Source of the DNA: Calditrichaceae bacterium
GTDB taxonomy: Bacteria > Calditrichota > Calditrichia > Calditrichales > JBFXGD01
Length of the DNA: 64,000 bases
Direction: 5' to 3'
Assembly (NCBI GenBank): GCA_050173015.1
Contig: JBFXLE010000010.1
Location: forward strand, 32,001 to 96,000
The notes under the pieces were generated by a model. It saw only the letters and a list, made by a program, of their open reading frames with translations. It was not told the DNA's origin and searched no databases. Position numbers and translations under genes: made by a program. Positions 1-10,416 of this stretch are shown piece after piece; position 1 is the stretch's first letter; every line of letters begins with the position of its first letter.

Positions 1-705
1 AGACATGGTGTATTTTGACAATGCCTGCCGGTTGAAGCCATATTTGCTGATAAGCGAAATGATCCAGTTGGGCAGACTTCCAAAAAATTTTATTTCAAGA
101 ATGAAGTGGTTGGTCAATGTAGATTTAACCTTATCTTCATTATAAAGCTGCTCCAGATCAGGAAAAATAACACTGCGTAGATTTTTATCAAATGTTAAAC
201 GCAAAGAAGGATCCATTTTTCCAATAAAAGCTTCACGATCGTAAATAACCAAAACGACCGGACGCAGATTTTTTATGTAATAATAATAAAGAAATTTCCG
301 CGCGTCTTTTTTCTCCGCCCCATTTCCACTAAACGACAGTACAAAATCATCTATGCGTCCTGAGGCTAGTGTTTTGGCAACATCAGTGTAATAAATCGGC
401 ACCCTGATTTTCGATATACAATTTGTGTTTTTGTGTTTTATTTCCAGAAAAGTTATACTCTTTTTTGAACACTTATCATAGCCTCTGATTCGGTATTTAT
501 TTCTGATTTTAACACCATCCAGTTTTTCGTTATAACAGGTAAACTGCGGTGTATCATAATAGATGCTTCTTACCGTGTATTGTCCGTCGCCGTGTCTTTT
601 TGCAAAATTATCCAGCTCCATATAAGGACTCAGCTCTGTCCTGAGCTTATCAATAAGCGTGTTAGGGACTAAATATTTATATTCATATCTCGAATCCATG
701 GTCAT
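1..705 (-). CDS. VTC-domain (polyphosphate polymerase / CYTH-like) protein, runs off the left edge
   Basis: Not in the ORF track. Manual translation from ATG 705/699 gives MTMDSRYEYKYL...YTVRSIYYDTP...KIRNKYRIRGY...FLEIKHK...YDREAF...LRLTFDKNLR...ILEIKF...LSKY, the typical VTC motif series. Open to position 1. Confidence 0.85.
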   Translation of the reverse strand, partial: MTMDSRYEYKYLVPNTLIDKLRTELSPYMELDNFAKRHGDGQYTVRSIYYDTPQFTCYNEKLDGVKIRNKYRIRGYDKCSKKSITFLEIKHKNTNCISKIRVPIYYTDVAKTLASGRIDDFVLSFSGNGAEKKDARKFLYYYYIKNLRPVVLVIYDREAFIGKMDPSLRLTFDKNLRSVIFPDLEQLYNEDKVKSTLTNHFILEIKFFGSLPNWIISLISKYGFNRQALSKYTMS

Positions 706-707
706 TC

Positions 708-1766
708 CTAATTTAAAATAATCTGTTTCAGGTAATCCGGAATGGACAGCGGGCCGCAGTTAATTTTTGCCGGCGTAAACAAACCGGAAATAAAGTCATT
801 TGATATTGAATTAACAGTCGCCAAAACGATAATACACTGTTTCCCGCCGATGAGCTGTAATACCGGCTGCGTCGTCTGAACTTCACCCGATAATCGTGAT
901 TTTAGTTCAGGTGAATCAAATAAAACAGTACCGCCCTTCGTGACAAAAGCAGCGTTCTCCAGCGGAACAGGGATACAAGCGACCGCCGAATCAAAATTTG
1001 ACAAGACCAGAAGCGTGTCATCGGAAAATGACCTTTCAACGCGGCCACCAAATGGCGAAATAATCAGATTTTGCGAATTTATCTGTTGTTTTAAAAAGGA
1101 AATCTCATTTTCAACCGCGTTAATTTGTTTAGTCAATTTGTGTATTTCCTCAACTTTCTCACCACTCATGCTCGATTCCAGTTCAGCCTGCCGAACGTTT
1201 ACGGCTTTTTCCAGGGTATTTAATTCATCGGCGGCTATCTGGTATTCTTCCCCGGCGATTAGATCTTTATCAAACAATTCCTTAAGCCGCGCGGTAATTT
1301 TTTTCTGTTTATCTAATTCCGATTGGGCCATGGCCAGCCTTTCTGCCGCCTCCCGCACTTCCGTTATTTTGTCGCCACTCATGCCTGCTTTTAGGGTTGC
1401 TTTTAATATTTGGAGTTCACCTTCCAACTGAATAAGGTTTTCATGCTTATTGCTGGAGTAGATGATACCAAGCGTATCTCCCTTCGCCACAATCTGTCCG
1501 TTTGAAAGATCCGGATTCAGGGTTAAAACGAATGATTCGCCCCTTTCGAACGAAGTAAGCTGATATGAATTATTTATTCCGCTGCTAAAATTAACCGTGC
1601 TGTTCAAAATCTCCCCGCCATTACCGCGGGACAATACCCATTGTTGAGCGGGCAAAATTTTTGCGACACTGTCTATGGAATAAGGCACTTTAATTGGCAA
1701 AAAGAAAATACCCAAAACAGTGAGAACAATGATGAGGATACTTAGATAACGATTATTTTTTTTCAA
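708..1766 (-). CDS. HlyD/membrane-fusion-like protein
   Basis: N-terminal TM segment, lipoyl-like halves (GQIVAKGDTLG ... IISPFGGRV) flanking a long coiled coil. Confidence 0.6.
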   Translation of the reverse strand: MKKNNRYLSILIIVLTVLGIFFLPIKVPYSIDSVAKILPAQQWVLSRGNGGEILNSTVNFSSGINNSYQLTSFERGESFVLTLNPDLSNGQIVAKGDTLGIIYSSNKHENLIQLEGELQILKATLKAGMSGDKITEVREAAERLAMAQSELDKQKKITARLKELFDKDLIAGEEYQIAADELNTLEKAVNVRQAELESSMSGEKVEEIHKLTKQINAVENEISFLKQQINSQNLIISPFGGRVERSFSDDTLLVLSNFDSAVACIPVPLENAAFVTKGGTVLFDSPELKSRLSGEVQTTQPVLQLIGGKQCIIVLATVNSISNDFISGLFTPAKINCGPLSIPDYLKQIILN

Positions 1767-1833
1767 TTTAGTCAGCCTTTTTAGTTTTTTGGCAATAAAT
1801 CCCTAAAATAATTTTAACATTATTCTAATAATT

Positions 1834-1861
1834 AAGACGTTGTTTGGTGAGAAAACTTGCG
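1834..1861 (-). promoter_or_regulatory. Putative ECF sigma promoter CGCAAG-N16-CGTCTT upstream of hlyD-vtc
   Basis: Same motif and spacing as 7741-7768 and 8784-8811. Confidence 0.7.
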
Positions 1862-1899
1862 GGAGGTTTTAATTTTAATAAATGCTATTTGTTAGCCAG

Positions 1900-1933
1900 A
1901 AAAAAGAGCCCTTCATCAATGAACAAAGGGCCC
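1900..1933 (-). terminator. Intrinsic terminator after cotH
   Basis: GGGCCCTT...AAGGGCTC stem followed by a T6 tract on the minus strand. Confidence 0.6.
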
Positions 1934-1961
1934 TGGCAAATGATCTTAATAGGGTATTGAT

Positions 1962-4283
1962 TTATTTCATCAATATCATCCGTTTTGTTTCTGAAAGGGA
2001 TCCACTCGTCAGCATATAAAAATAAATGCCGCTGGGCATATTTTTAGCATCCCATTGCATGACATATGTTCCTGCGGAGAGTTGTTTGTTGACAAGTGTT
2101 GCCACCTGCTGCCCTGTAATATTGTAGATTTTTAAAGATGTAAAGTTTGAAGAGGGCAACTTGAATGAAATATTCGTAGTTGGATTAAATGGATTGGGAT
2201 AATTTTGCGAAAGGTTAAACTGATCAGGTAGTTCTGATATCTGATCATCAGGAATACCGGTGATTCCGTCATTGTTCTCTGCTGAAAAAGTGGGACTCAT
2301 TTGCACAAAAGATCCTGTCCCATTTGGATAACGGCCGGTTGATATATCGTCTGTTTGTTCTCCAAAACTCACTTCATCAATAATTGTTGTATCACTACCC
2401 GATAAGTAAATAGTTTCACCGGAGCTTGAAATTTTTAGATCCGCATGTAATCCTGCCTGATCTTCATCTTTATCCGCCCAGACAATTAAATATCCCTTCG
2501 CAGAAATTGTTGTATCAGGAAAGGCCCAGAGAGACAGATCATTGCCATCATCTGATAGAAAGTATCCATTTAATGAAATATCCTCATCGGAATTATTATA
2601 GAGTTCAATCCAGTCGTCGTATTCTCCATCCTGGTCTGTTACTGTGGTCTCATTCGAAGCCATAAATTCATTGATAACCAATTCAATAGCTAATGGATCG
2701 GAACTGGTGGCAATAGTATAGAATTCATATTGTGCCCGTTCAGGTGAAAACTGCCCTGCATTGTCATTTTCGGCATAGATATAATATTGAACCTCCGAAT
2801 TGTTGATTTCCAGGTATGTACCATACGTGCCATCATTGGCGGATCCGTCACCATGTGCGCCGTCATCATACATTTCTACTAAGCTAAAGGGAGCTATTGT
2901 TTCATTTCGATAACCCAGATATACCGCGTTTCCATCTGCCACGGAAGCAGAGATTGCAATGGTTTCGTTAACCGCGGGACTTTCATCCGACAATGCAATA
3001 CTTGAAATCGTGGGTGCTGTTTCGGTGAAATCAGAAAGCGCCAAAAGGTAACTACTTCTTCCATTCATCAAATTGGTGATGCCGGGAAAAGTCATGCTTT
3101 GCGGACCAAAACCGCTAATTATATCGGAAGTTAAATTATTTAGAAAATCATTGTAGGTAAAGAATTTATTTACATCAGCCCGAACGGAGGCGTCGATTAA
3201 TGATTGAAATGTTAACGCGGTGTCATAGTACTCCCCATTGTCAAAATTTTCTAAAAGCATGGTTTTGTAATGAGCGAGGTACATACGCTTGTACATTGGT
3301 ATGCTTAGCAATTGTTTAACTAATGGGAAATTTGAGTCAGAAGAATGGAGCAAGTGACTCATCTGCTGTTTCGAAGATGTCGTGTTTAGCGTTGAAGAGC
3401 CTGTTTGTGAGAATACCCCAAAAGACTCATTCAAATCCCAAACTATCGGCAAAAATTGTTGATACTCACTTCGGTATAAATAATAATTTTGAGAAAATAT
3501 GCCAATGTAACTATCCAGGTTTACGATTGCATTGTCGAAGGCAAGCATCCACAAGGCTCTGTCCACATCTAAAATATTTTCAATGTCTGAGATATTGTAG
3601 CTTAATGTATCACAAAGGTCTATCAACTCCCGCCAGCCATAATCCGATTTCATTTCATAGGCATCGTAATAATCTGTGCTGTCTTGACCAAGGTATACCA
3701 GATTGGGGTAATTACCTGATTGTGTAGGTGCGCCATCAGGCGGGCTGCAATCGAAATAGGCATTGTCGTTAGAGCCAAATCGGCTCTTAGCAAATTTCTT
3801 TGAAATGGATTCGGTGTTGGTGTAGAGGCCAATTAAGGTTCCGTTCACGTAAAGGTTGGCAAAATTGGAAAGCGGCGCATCCATGTATTTTCTGATGATG
3901 TAGAAACCCAAAACATCGCGCAAAAACGAGGGATCGTTGTATCCATTGGCCAATTTGATATCAGTGTATCCATCATATTCATGGTCTTTGTAAGTATCCA
4001 GCTCGATGTGCCATGGATTTTTTACCTGATCGGCCCTATACGAACTGTTGCCTTTGTATTTTACGCCAACGCTATCGAATACTTCTCCATTGATAGTAAC
4101 ACTTTGAGCCATTATGTAATCTCCGTCTTCGGAATATTGAGCATCCAAAAGTGCATCCCAATTGCTTTCCGCAAACGTAATTTCAATCGTTTGAATGGTC
4201 TCTAAATCGTAAAAATCCTGACTATAGATATTTGTTGATATTATTAGAAAAACAAAAACAGTTAAAATGTAGATATTTTTCAT
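1962..4283 (-). CDS. Secreted CotH-kinase family protein with lamin-tail domain and T9SS-like C-terminal tail
   Basis: Signal peptide; VGVKYKGNSSY, NLDSY and PIVWDLNESFG (CotH); MYDDGAHGDGSANDGTYG (choice-of-anchor X-like); LVINEFMASN...DWIELYN (LTD); QNYPNPFNP...GIYFY tail. Confidence 0.85.
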   Translation of the reverse strand: MKNIYILTVFVFLIISTNIYSQDFYDLETIQTIEITFAESNWDALLDAQYSEDGDYIMAQSVTINGEVFDSVGVKYKGNSSYRADQVKNPWHIELDTYKDHEYDGYTDIKLANGYNDPSFLRDVLGFYIIRKYMDAPLSNFANLYVNGTLIGLYTNTESISKKFAKSRFGSNDNAYFDCSPPDGAPTQSGNYPNLVYLGQDSTDYYDAYEMKSDYGWRELIDLCDTLSYNISDIENILDVDRALWMLAFDNAIVNLDSYIGIFSQNYYLYRSEYQQFLPIVWDLNESFGVFSQTGSSTLNTTSSKQQMSHLLHSSDSNFPLVKQLLSIPMYKRMYLAHYKTMLLENFDNGEYYDTALTFQSLIDASVRADVNKFFTYNDFLNNLTSDIISGFGPQSMTFPGITNLMNGRSSYLLALSDFTETAPTISSIALSDESPAVNETIAISASVADGNAVYLGYRNETIAPFSLVEMYDDGAHGDGSANDGTYGTYLEINNSEVQYYIYAENDNAGQFSPERAQYEFYTIATSSDPLAIELVINEFMASNETTVTDQDGEYDDWIELYNNSDEDISLNGYFLSDDGNDLSLWAFPDTTISAKGYLIVWADKDEDQAGLHADLKISSSGETIYLSGSDTTIIDEVSFGEQTDDISTGRYPNGTGSFVQMSPTFSAENNDGITGIPDDQISELPDQFNLSQNYPNPFNPTTNISFKLPSSNFTSLKIYNITGQQVATLVNKQLSAGTYVMQWDAKNMPSGIYFYMLTSGSLSETKRMILMK

Positions 4284-4355
4284 TGGTCTTTATCCTTATT
4301 TGTTATCTTATTTGACATCCGAAGCCTTTTATCGAAATGAATCGAAATTTTAAGT

Positions 4356-5576
4356 TTACTCATGCCTGAGCGCCTCAATAGGATCCAGAGCCGCGGCCTT
4401 ACGCGCCGGATACCAGCCAAAAAAGACTCCGATAAACGAGCAAAAAAGGAATGACAATAAAATGGACTCCATTGTAATCAGCACCGGCCAGGCCATGATA
4501 TTTTCAACAGTGTTCGAAGCCAGTATACCCATGACCACACCAATAACGCCTCCGGTTACACTCAACAAAACAGCTTCAAGCAGGAACTGCATTAATATAT
4601 CTTTGCCTTTGCCGCCAATAGCCAGTCTAAGTCCTATTTCACGGGTGCGTTCGGTGACGGAAACATACATGATATTCATGATACCAATACCGCCCACAAC
4701 CAAAGATATCGCGGCGATTGATCCAAGCAGCACCAACATCATTTCGGAAATGGATCCAAATGTACTGATCAATTCAGCCTGAGTCCTTATTTCAAAATCA
4801 TTGTCTTCACTATCCTTTAATTTATGTGAAAGACGCATATTCTCTTCAATCTGCGCGGTTGCCTCATCGATGTACTCTTCAGAGACAGCGGAAGTGACAA
4901 TCGCCCGCAAATAGGTCTGCCGTGTAATTCTTTTCATAACGGTGGTGTAAGGCGCCAGCATGATATCGTCCTGGTCCTGGCCAAAGGTATTTTCTCCTTT
5001 TTCTTCCAGTACACCGATTACTTTAAACGGTATTTTTTCAAAGCGGATGGTTTGTCCGATCGGATCAATATCGTCGCCAAATATATTCTCGACAACAGTC
5101 TGTCCAATCACGACAACTTTTGCGGCGTTGTTTATTTCCTGGGATGAGAATGAACGGCCGCTGGCGATATCATACTTTTTGATATAGTTATATTCCTCGT
5201 TTCCACCATTTATTTGAGTCGGCCAGTTATTCGTTCCAAAGATAACCTGACCGGAACTTTCAACTTCAGGCGATACAGCTTCTAACAGACTGCTGTTTTC
5301 ACGAAGAATGTCCACGTCTTTCAGTACCAGGGTTTGCGACATTGCACGTCCCTGCTGAACCCCGCCCCTGTCTTTGCTTACAGGCATTATGTTAATAAGA
5401 TTTGTACCCATGGAAGATATTTTTTCCTGGATACTGGCATTGGATCCTTCTCCGATAGCAAGCATGGCGATAACCGATGCCACTCCTATAATGATTCCCA
5501 GCATCGTGAGAAACGAACGTGTTTTGTTTCTTTGAATAGCTGCTATGGCAATTTTAATTATAGTTAATATTTTCAT
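4356..5576 (-). CDS. MacB-like ABC transporter permease (FtsX family)
   Basis: RSFLTMLGIIIGVASVI, GGIGIMNIMYVSVTERTREIG, PARKAAALDPIEALRHE. Confidence 0.93.
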   Translation of the reverse strand: MKILTIIKIAIAAIQRNKTRSFLTMLGIIIGVASVIAMLAIGEGSNASIQEKISSMGTNLINIMPVSKDRGGVQQGRAMSQTLVLKDVDILRENSSLLEAVSPEVESSGQVIFGTNNWPTQINGGNEEYNYIKKYDIASGRSFSSQEINNAAKVVVIGQTVVENIFGDDIDPIGQTIRFEKIPFKVIGVLEEKGENTFGQDQDDIMLAPYTTVMKRITRQTYLRAIVTSAVSEEYIDEATAQIEENMRLSHKLKDSEDNDFEIRTQAELISTFGSISEMMLVLLGSIAAISLVVGGIGIMNIMYVSVTERTREIGLRLAIGGKGKDILMQFLLEAVLLSVTGGVIGVVMGILASNTVENIMAWPVLITMESILLSFLFCSFIGVFFGWYPARKAAALDPIEALRHE

Positions 5577-5602
5577 TTTTAATTCTCGTTTTATACTTAT
5601 TA

Positions 5603-6370
5603 TTATGCATCAACTAATGTTTGAAGAATGGCTTCTTCTTCTTTTAAATAATCAAGCGCCCGCAGGGCATTTGTTTTTGTCTCTACCTGTATATCGTTAA
5701 TTATTCGGCCGTCCCGGAAAACAACATTTCTTTTTGTAAAATCCGCGATATCGGGCTCATGAGTTACAAAGACTATGGTTATCCCGTTTTCATTTAACTC
5801 CTGGAGCAGAGCCATAATCTCGTATGAAGTCCTGGTGTCCAGATTACCGGTTGCTTCATCGGCCAGAATCAGTACAGGATCGTTTACCAGCGAACGGGCG
5901 ATGGCCACACGCTGCTGCTGTCCGCCGGACATTTGATTGGTAAGGTGATTCATACGGTCCGCCAGACCGACTGCCTCCAACGCGTACTTCGCTTTTTGGC
6001 GGCGTATTTTTGCGTTAATCTCAGGATTGTACATCAACGGCAATTCCACATTTTCCAGGGCAGTGGTTCGCGGTAACAGGTTATACGACTGAAACACAAA
6101 ACCAAGTTTAGTACTGCGTATCTCCGCCAATTGGTTTTTATTAAGTGATTTTACGTTCGTACCATCAAGCCGGTAGTCGCCTGATGTTGGCCTGTCGAGA
6201 CAACCAAGAATATTGAGCATGGTTGATTTGCCGGATCCGCTGGCGCCCATAATGGCCACAAATTCACCCGCATTTATTGTTAGGTCAACACCGCGCAGCG
6301 CACTGACTATTTCAGTCCCCACGGGGTAATCTTTTTGAAGATTTTCTATTTCAATTATTTTATTATTCAT
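5603..6370 (-). CDS. ABC transporter ATP-binding protein (MacB/LolD-type)
   Basis: Walker [10 protein letters not shown], signature MSGGQQQRV, Walker [13 protein letters not shown]-loop VTHE. Confidence 0.95.
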   Translation of the reverse strand: MNNKIIEIENLQKDYPVGTEIVSALRGVDLTINAGEFVAIMGASGSGKSTMLNILGCLDRPTSGDYRLDGTNVKSLNKNQLAEIRSTKLGFVFQSYNLLPRTTALENVELPLMYNPEINAKIRRQKAKYALEAVGLADRMNHLTNQMSGGQQQRVAIARSLVNDPVLILADEATGNLDTRTSYEIMALLQELNENGITIVFVTHEPDIADFTKRNVVFRDGRIINDIQVETKTNALRALDYLKEEEAILQTLVDA

Positions 6371-6430
6371 TTTTTTACAATTCTTAATTTTTGTCAGGTT
6401 TATGTTTATGAATTTTTAATTTTCTAACTG

Positions 6431-7708
6431 TTACCTGCCCGGGCGTCCCGGACCTTCCTGGACAAACGGGCTTTGTGTTTCTTCGCTTTTTGTAACACTA
6501 TCGTCCGTGTCGCCGCCCATTTCCATGGAAATTATAACCTGGTCACCTTCATTCAATCCCGAAATTATTTCAACGCTTATACCATCCGTTAAACCGGTTT
6601 CTACTTCAACAGGCTTGATAAGCGATCCGTCTTTAACCCAAACACGTTTGATGTTTTCAGGTTGCTCATTGGGAGCTTCAGTTTGTCCCGCTGTTTGCTG
6701 TGAACCGCTGGCAGGGCGTTGCGGACGTTCACTCTCCGGAAGTCTGTCGAAATAGCCGGCCATTTGCTCGCGCTCAGGTGTAAAACGCAAGGCTTTTCCC
6801 GCTACCACCAGCGCGTCTGTTACTTCTTCGATATAAACGGTGATACTGGCCGTCATGCCCGGTTTTAATTTTAGTTCGGGGTTCCGCGCCGAAACGATCA
6901 CGGTATATGTGATAACATTTGATGTTTCCGTTGGTTGTAACCTTACTTCTGTAATAACACCTGCAAAAGTTTCATCGGGAAAAGCGTCTACAGTAAATTC
7001 CACCCGCTGTCCTTCTTTTACCATACCGATATCTGCTTCATCCACATCGGCTTCAACCTGCATTTCCGAAAGATCATTGGTGATAGTAAACAATTCAGGC
7101 GTGCTCATACTGGCTGTAACGGTTTGCCCTTCTTCAACCGCGCGATTAAGCACAAGCCCGTCGATAGGTGAATAAATATTGGCATAAGCCAAATTTAGTT
7201 GTGCTTTATTTAAATTGGCATTGGCCGATTTTAAGCCTGCCTGGCTTTTCTTATAATTATATTTGGCCAGGTCAAAATCGCTTTGTGACAACAAACCTTT
7301 TTCAAAAAATTCTTCATTCCGCTCAAAGCCGGCTTTTTGATATTCAAGTTCAGCCTGCGCATTGAACAAATCCGCTTCAGCGTTTTCCAGGCTGGATTGA
7401 AGTGTGGATTTGTCGAGTTCGGCAATCAATTGCCCCTTTTCGACTTTCGAATTAAAATCCACATAAATCTTTTCAATAACACCAGAAACCTGGGTTCCAA
7501 CAACTACCGTATTTGTTGCTTCCAGGGTTCCGGTAGCGGTGATGGTGTTGTTTACCGCACCTTTCGCTACGGTTGCTGTCTCAAAAACGTATTCGCTCGA
7601 ATTGATTCCCTCATACAAAAAGGCAAAAGCATATGTGGCTAAAAGAAGGACAGCCATAATGGTAATGATTCTTTTGTACTTTAGTAATATATTTCTCATA
7701 ACATTCAA
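6431..7708 (-). CDS. MacA-like periplasmic adaptor subunit
   Basis: VGTQVSGVIEKIYVDFNSKVEKGQ, IYSPIDG, VDEADIG, LKPGMTA; start may be ATG 7699. Confidence 0.92.
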   Translation of the reverse strand: MNVMRNILLKYKRIITIMAVLLLATYAFAFLYEGINSSEYVFETATVAKGAVNNTITATGTLEATNTVVVGTQVSGVIEKIYVDFNSKVEKGQLIAELDKSTLQSSLENAEADLFNAQAELEYQKAGFERNEEFFEKGLLSQSDFDLAKYNYKKSQAGLKSANANLNKAQLNLAYANIYSPIDGLVLNRAVEEGQTVTASMSTPELFTITNDLSEMQVEADVDEADIGMVKEGQRVEFTVDAFPDETFAGVITEVRLQPTETSNVITYTVIVSARNPELKLKPGMTASITVYIEEVTDALVVAGKALRFTPEREQMAGYFDRLPESERPQRPASGSQQTAGQTEAPNEQPENIKRVWVKDGSLIKPVEVETGLTDGISVEIISGLNEGDQVIISMEMGGDTDDSVTKSEETQSPFVQEGPGRPGR

Positions 7709-7740
7709 CTCCTTAGGTATATTTTGTTTGTCTAAACTTA

Positions 7741-7768
7741 TAGACGTGAATTCAGAAAAAAACTTGCG
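7741..7768 (-). promoter_or_regulatory. Putative ECF sigma promoter CGCAAG-N16-CGTCTA upstream of macA
   Basis: Minus strand reads CGCAAG TTTTTTTCTGAATTCA CGTCTA. Confidence 0.72.
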
Positions 7769-7790
7769 CGGGTAGCTAAAAAGGAAGTGT

Positions 7791-7830
7791 AAAAAAACAA
7801 AAAGCCTTTCATTTTTTGATGAAAGGCTTT
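7791..7830 (-). terminator. Intrinsic terminator after the Spy/CpxP gene
   Basis: Perfect 12-bp stem AAAGCCTTTCAT/ATGAAAGGCTTT followed by a T tract. Confidence 0.75.
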
Positions 7831-7847
7831 GCTACTAACAAATATGA

Positions 7848-8426
7848 TTATCTGTTTTCAGGATGTGGTGGCGGTCCCTTGCCGGCAGGCGGAGGTGGAG
7901 GTCCTTCAGCATCAGGTGACGGCGGAGAAGCATCATTAATCATTCCGGTTGGAGCGTTTTTACGAAAAAATTCATTTAATAATATTTTTAATTTATCCTG
8001 CTGCTCAGGTTTGCATAATTTTTTAAGGTCTAAAAAATGTTGAAATGTAATCTTCTCAAGCCGCGCCTGCTTTTCCTGGGCCAGCGCTAATAAAGAATCG
8101 GATAATTCCTGTTTGTGATTCTCCAACAATACTTCATCAAACATTTGTTTTTTTATACGACTGATATCCTTCTGCAATTGCACTGCTTTTTGACGATGCT
8201 CCCTTCGTAGTTTTAAATATTGTAAGGACTGTGTTTCATCGAAATCCAGTTCCGCTTTTAACAATTCTTGTATTCGATTTGCTTCTGTGACCGGATCGTT
8301 CTGTGCTTTTTGCGGTCTCGAGCCATCCGGCCGCCCCATCCATAAAACTGTTAAAGAAGAAATGTTTAAGATTAGTAAAACAATGACTGTTATCCACAAA
8401 TAGCGTTTTTGTTTAAAAATATCCAT
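7848..8426 (-). CDS. Spy/CpxP-like (periplasmic heavy-metal sensor family) protein
   Basis: N-terminal TM segment, helical body with ELDFDETQ and LCKPEQQ (LTxEQ-like) repeats, Pro-rich tail; follows an ECF/anti-sigma pair. Confidence 0.7.
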   Translation of the reverse strand: MDIFKQKRYLWITVIVLLILNISSLTVLWMGRPDGSRPQKAQNDPVTEANRIQELLKAELDFDETQSLQYLKLRREHRQKAVQLQKDISRIKKQMFDEVLLENHKQELSDSLLALAQEKQARLEKITFQHFLDLKKLCKPEQQDKLKILLNEFFRKNAPTGMINDASPPSPDAEGPPPPPAGKGPPPHPENR

Positions 8427-8435
8427 GTGATTATC

Positions 8436-8762
8436 CTAATTAATATCAAAAATAGTGCTTTGATTTTTTTCCAGGTTTAAATCGTTGCTCAGCAATTCAA
8501 TTAATTCCGTCCGCGTATTGGCTTGTTCCGCCTGATTAGAATCGTTCAAATACCAGAATGCTGTACTTAGATTCAAAACCACTAAAGCGGTAAGCATGGC
8601 CGGTCTAAGAATGGCGAAGAACACATTTTGTTGATTCTGCTTTGCTTCCAGCCGGGCTTGCACACGTGTATAGAAATACGGATTTGGCGGTAATTTTTCA
8701 GCCTGATCAAATTGCTCCAGAGTCCTGGAAATTTCATGCTCGATTTTATCTTTTTTATTCAT
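8436..8762 (-). CDS. Putative membrane anti-sigma factor
   Basis: Small protein with PNPYFYTRVQARL and a single TM segment, directly downstream of the ECF sigma. Confidence 0.65.
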   Translation of the reverse strand: MNKKDKIEHEISRTLEQFDQAEKLPPNPYFYTRVQARLEAKQNQQNVFFAILRPAMLTALVVLNLSTAFWYLNDSNQAEQANTRTELIELLSNDLNLEKNQSTIFDIN

Positions 8763-8783
8763 ATTTTTATCTCCTCATTTTGT

Positions 8784-8811
8784 TAGACGCTCATCGTTTT
8801 CAAATCTTGCG
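8784..8811 (-). promoter_or_regulatory. Putative ECF sigma promoter CGCAAG-N16-CGTCTA between sigma and anti-sigma
   Basis: Minus strand reads CGCAAG ATTTGAAAACGATGAG CGTCTA. Confidence 0.72.
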
Positions 8812-8815
8812 CTGT

Positions 8816-9370
8816 TTATTCAAATTTTTCATAATAGTCATACAACAGTTTATGCAGATTTTTCTTTGAACGATGCATCAGCGCCTCTACGGCTGAAAGT
8901 GATAAATTCATAATATCCGCGATTTCTTTATTGCTGAACCCCTCGTATTTGCTTAGCGTAATTGCCGTTTTTTGGTTCTCAGGAAGCTGATCTATTGCTG
9001 AGTCAAGAATCTGTTTCCGCTCTTTTTGCTCCATATTTTCTTGCGGGTTATCGTTATCGGGTAAGATAATTTCTTCTTTTTCATCATCAAATCCGAACAG
9101 GGAAGTGAGTTGCGCAAAGCGTTTTTTGCGTTTTTTTTTGCGGATAAAATCAAGCGATTTATTTACGGCTATGCGGTAAATCCATGTTGACATTTCAGAG
9201 TCTTCACGAAAATGGGCAAGCGATTCATAAACCTGGATAAATACTTCCTGAGCCAAATCATCCGCGTCTTCCTTGTTTTTCACAAAACGAAAACAGGTAT
9301 TGCGCACATTTTCCTGATACGCTTCAACAATTTTTCTAAAATCGGTAACCTGCTCCATTGATGTCTTCAA
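8816..9370 (-). CDS. ECF sigma-70 factor
   Basis: Region 2 DADDLAQEVF...STWIYRIAVNKSLD; region 4 LPENQKTAITL...EGFSNKEIADIM. Confidence 0.93.
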   Translation of the reverse strand: MKTSMEQVTDFRKIVEAYQENVRNTCFRFVKNKEDADDLAQEVFIQVYESLAHFREDSEMSTWIYRIAVNKSLDFIRKKKRKKRFAQLTSLFGFDDEKEEIILPDNDNPQENMEQKERKQILDSAIDQLPENQKTAITLSKYEGFSNKEIADIMNLSLSAVEALMHRSKKNLHKLLYDYYEKFE

Positions 9371-9590
9371 CTCTGGAATCCCGGATTTTTATGTTCGAGT
9401 ATTCTACTAAAGTCAATTGCGATCAAAAATAAAAGGCTCCTTCTAATAACCAAAAACGGTTAATTTATTTTGCCAAATAAAAAAAAAGGAACCTTTGCTA
9501 TGAAAGTAAACTCTATAAGTGTATATCGCAAGATATTAATTTGATTATTGAAACAGGATCTGAAAAAGACGATGCATTCGTGTTCAAATA

Positions 9591-10416
9591 TTTATCGTCC
9601 TGCCATTTTAACGGGTTTTCGATGATATATTGCCGGATGCGGTTTAATTCGTTTTCGTTACGAATAATGTGTTCGTAATAATTTCTTTGCCATAATCGCG
9701 CGCCGGGGGTTTTGCGGATTTTGTTGATTTTCCGGGATGTGATGGATTGAAAATTTTGCATTATCGCGCCCAATGATCCGGGTTTGGTGCCGTGGGGTCG
9801 TTGGGGCGATGCATTCATATCCGGATTATTACCATTATTTATATTATTTTTATTGGAATGCATTGCCCCTACATTCATATCCGAATTTTTACCATTATTT
9901 ATATTATTTTGATTGGAATGCATCGCCCCTACATGCATATCCGGATTTTTATCATCATTTATATTATTTTGATCGGAATGCATCGCCCCTACATGCATAT
10001 CCGGATTATTATCATTATTTATATTATTTTGACCGGAATGCATCGCCCCTACATTCATATCCGGATTTTTATCATCATTTATATTATTTTGATCGGAATG
10101 CATCGCCCCTACATGCATATTCGGATTTTTATCATCATTTATATTATTTTGATTGGAATGCATCGCCCCTACATGCATATCCGGATTTTTATCATCATTT
10201 ATATTATTTTGATTGGAATGCATCGCCCCTACATGCATATCCGGATTATTATCATTATTTATATTATTTTGACCGGAATGCATTGCCCCTACATTCATAT
10301 CCGGATTATTACCATTATTTACATTATTATGATTGGAATGCATCGCCCCTACATTCATATTCGAATTTTTATCATCATTTATATTATTTTGACCGGAATG
10401 TATCATCCGCAAAAAA
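9591..10416 (-). repeat. Second duplicate of the RAYT 3' end (~226 bp) plus 10 tandem 60-bp units
   Basis: Unit GTAGGGGCGATGCATTCC(AA/GG/GA)TCAAAATAATATAAAT(G/A)ATG(A/G)TAA(A/T)AATCCGGATATG(C/A)AT; offset to next block is 826 = 226 + 10x60. Confidence 0.95.
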
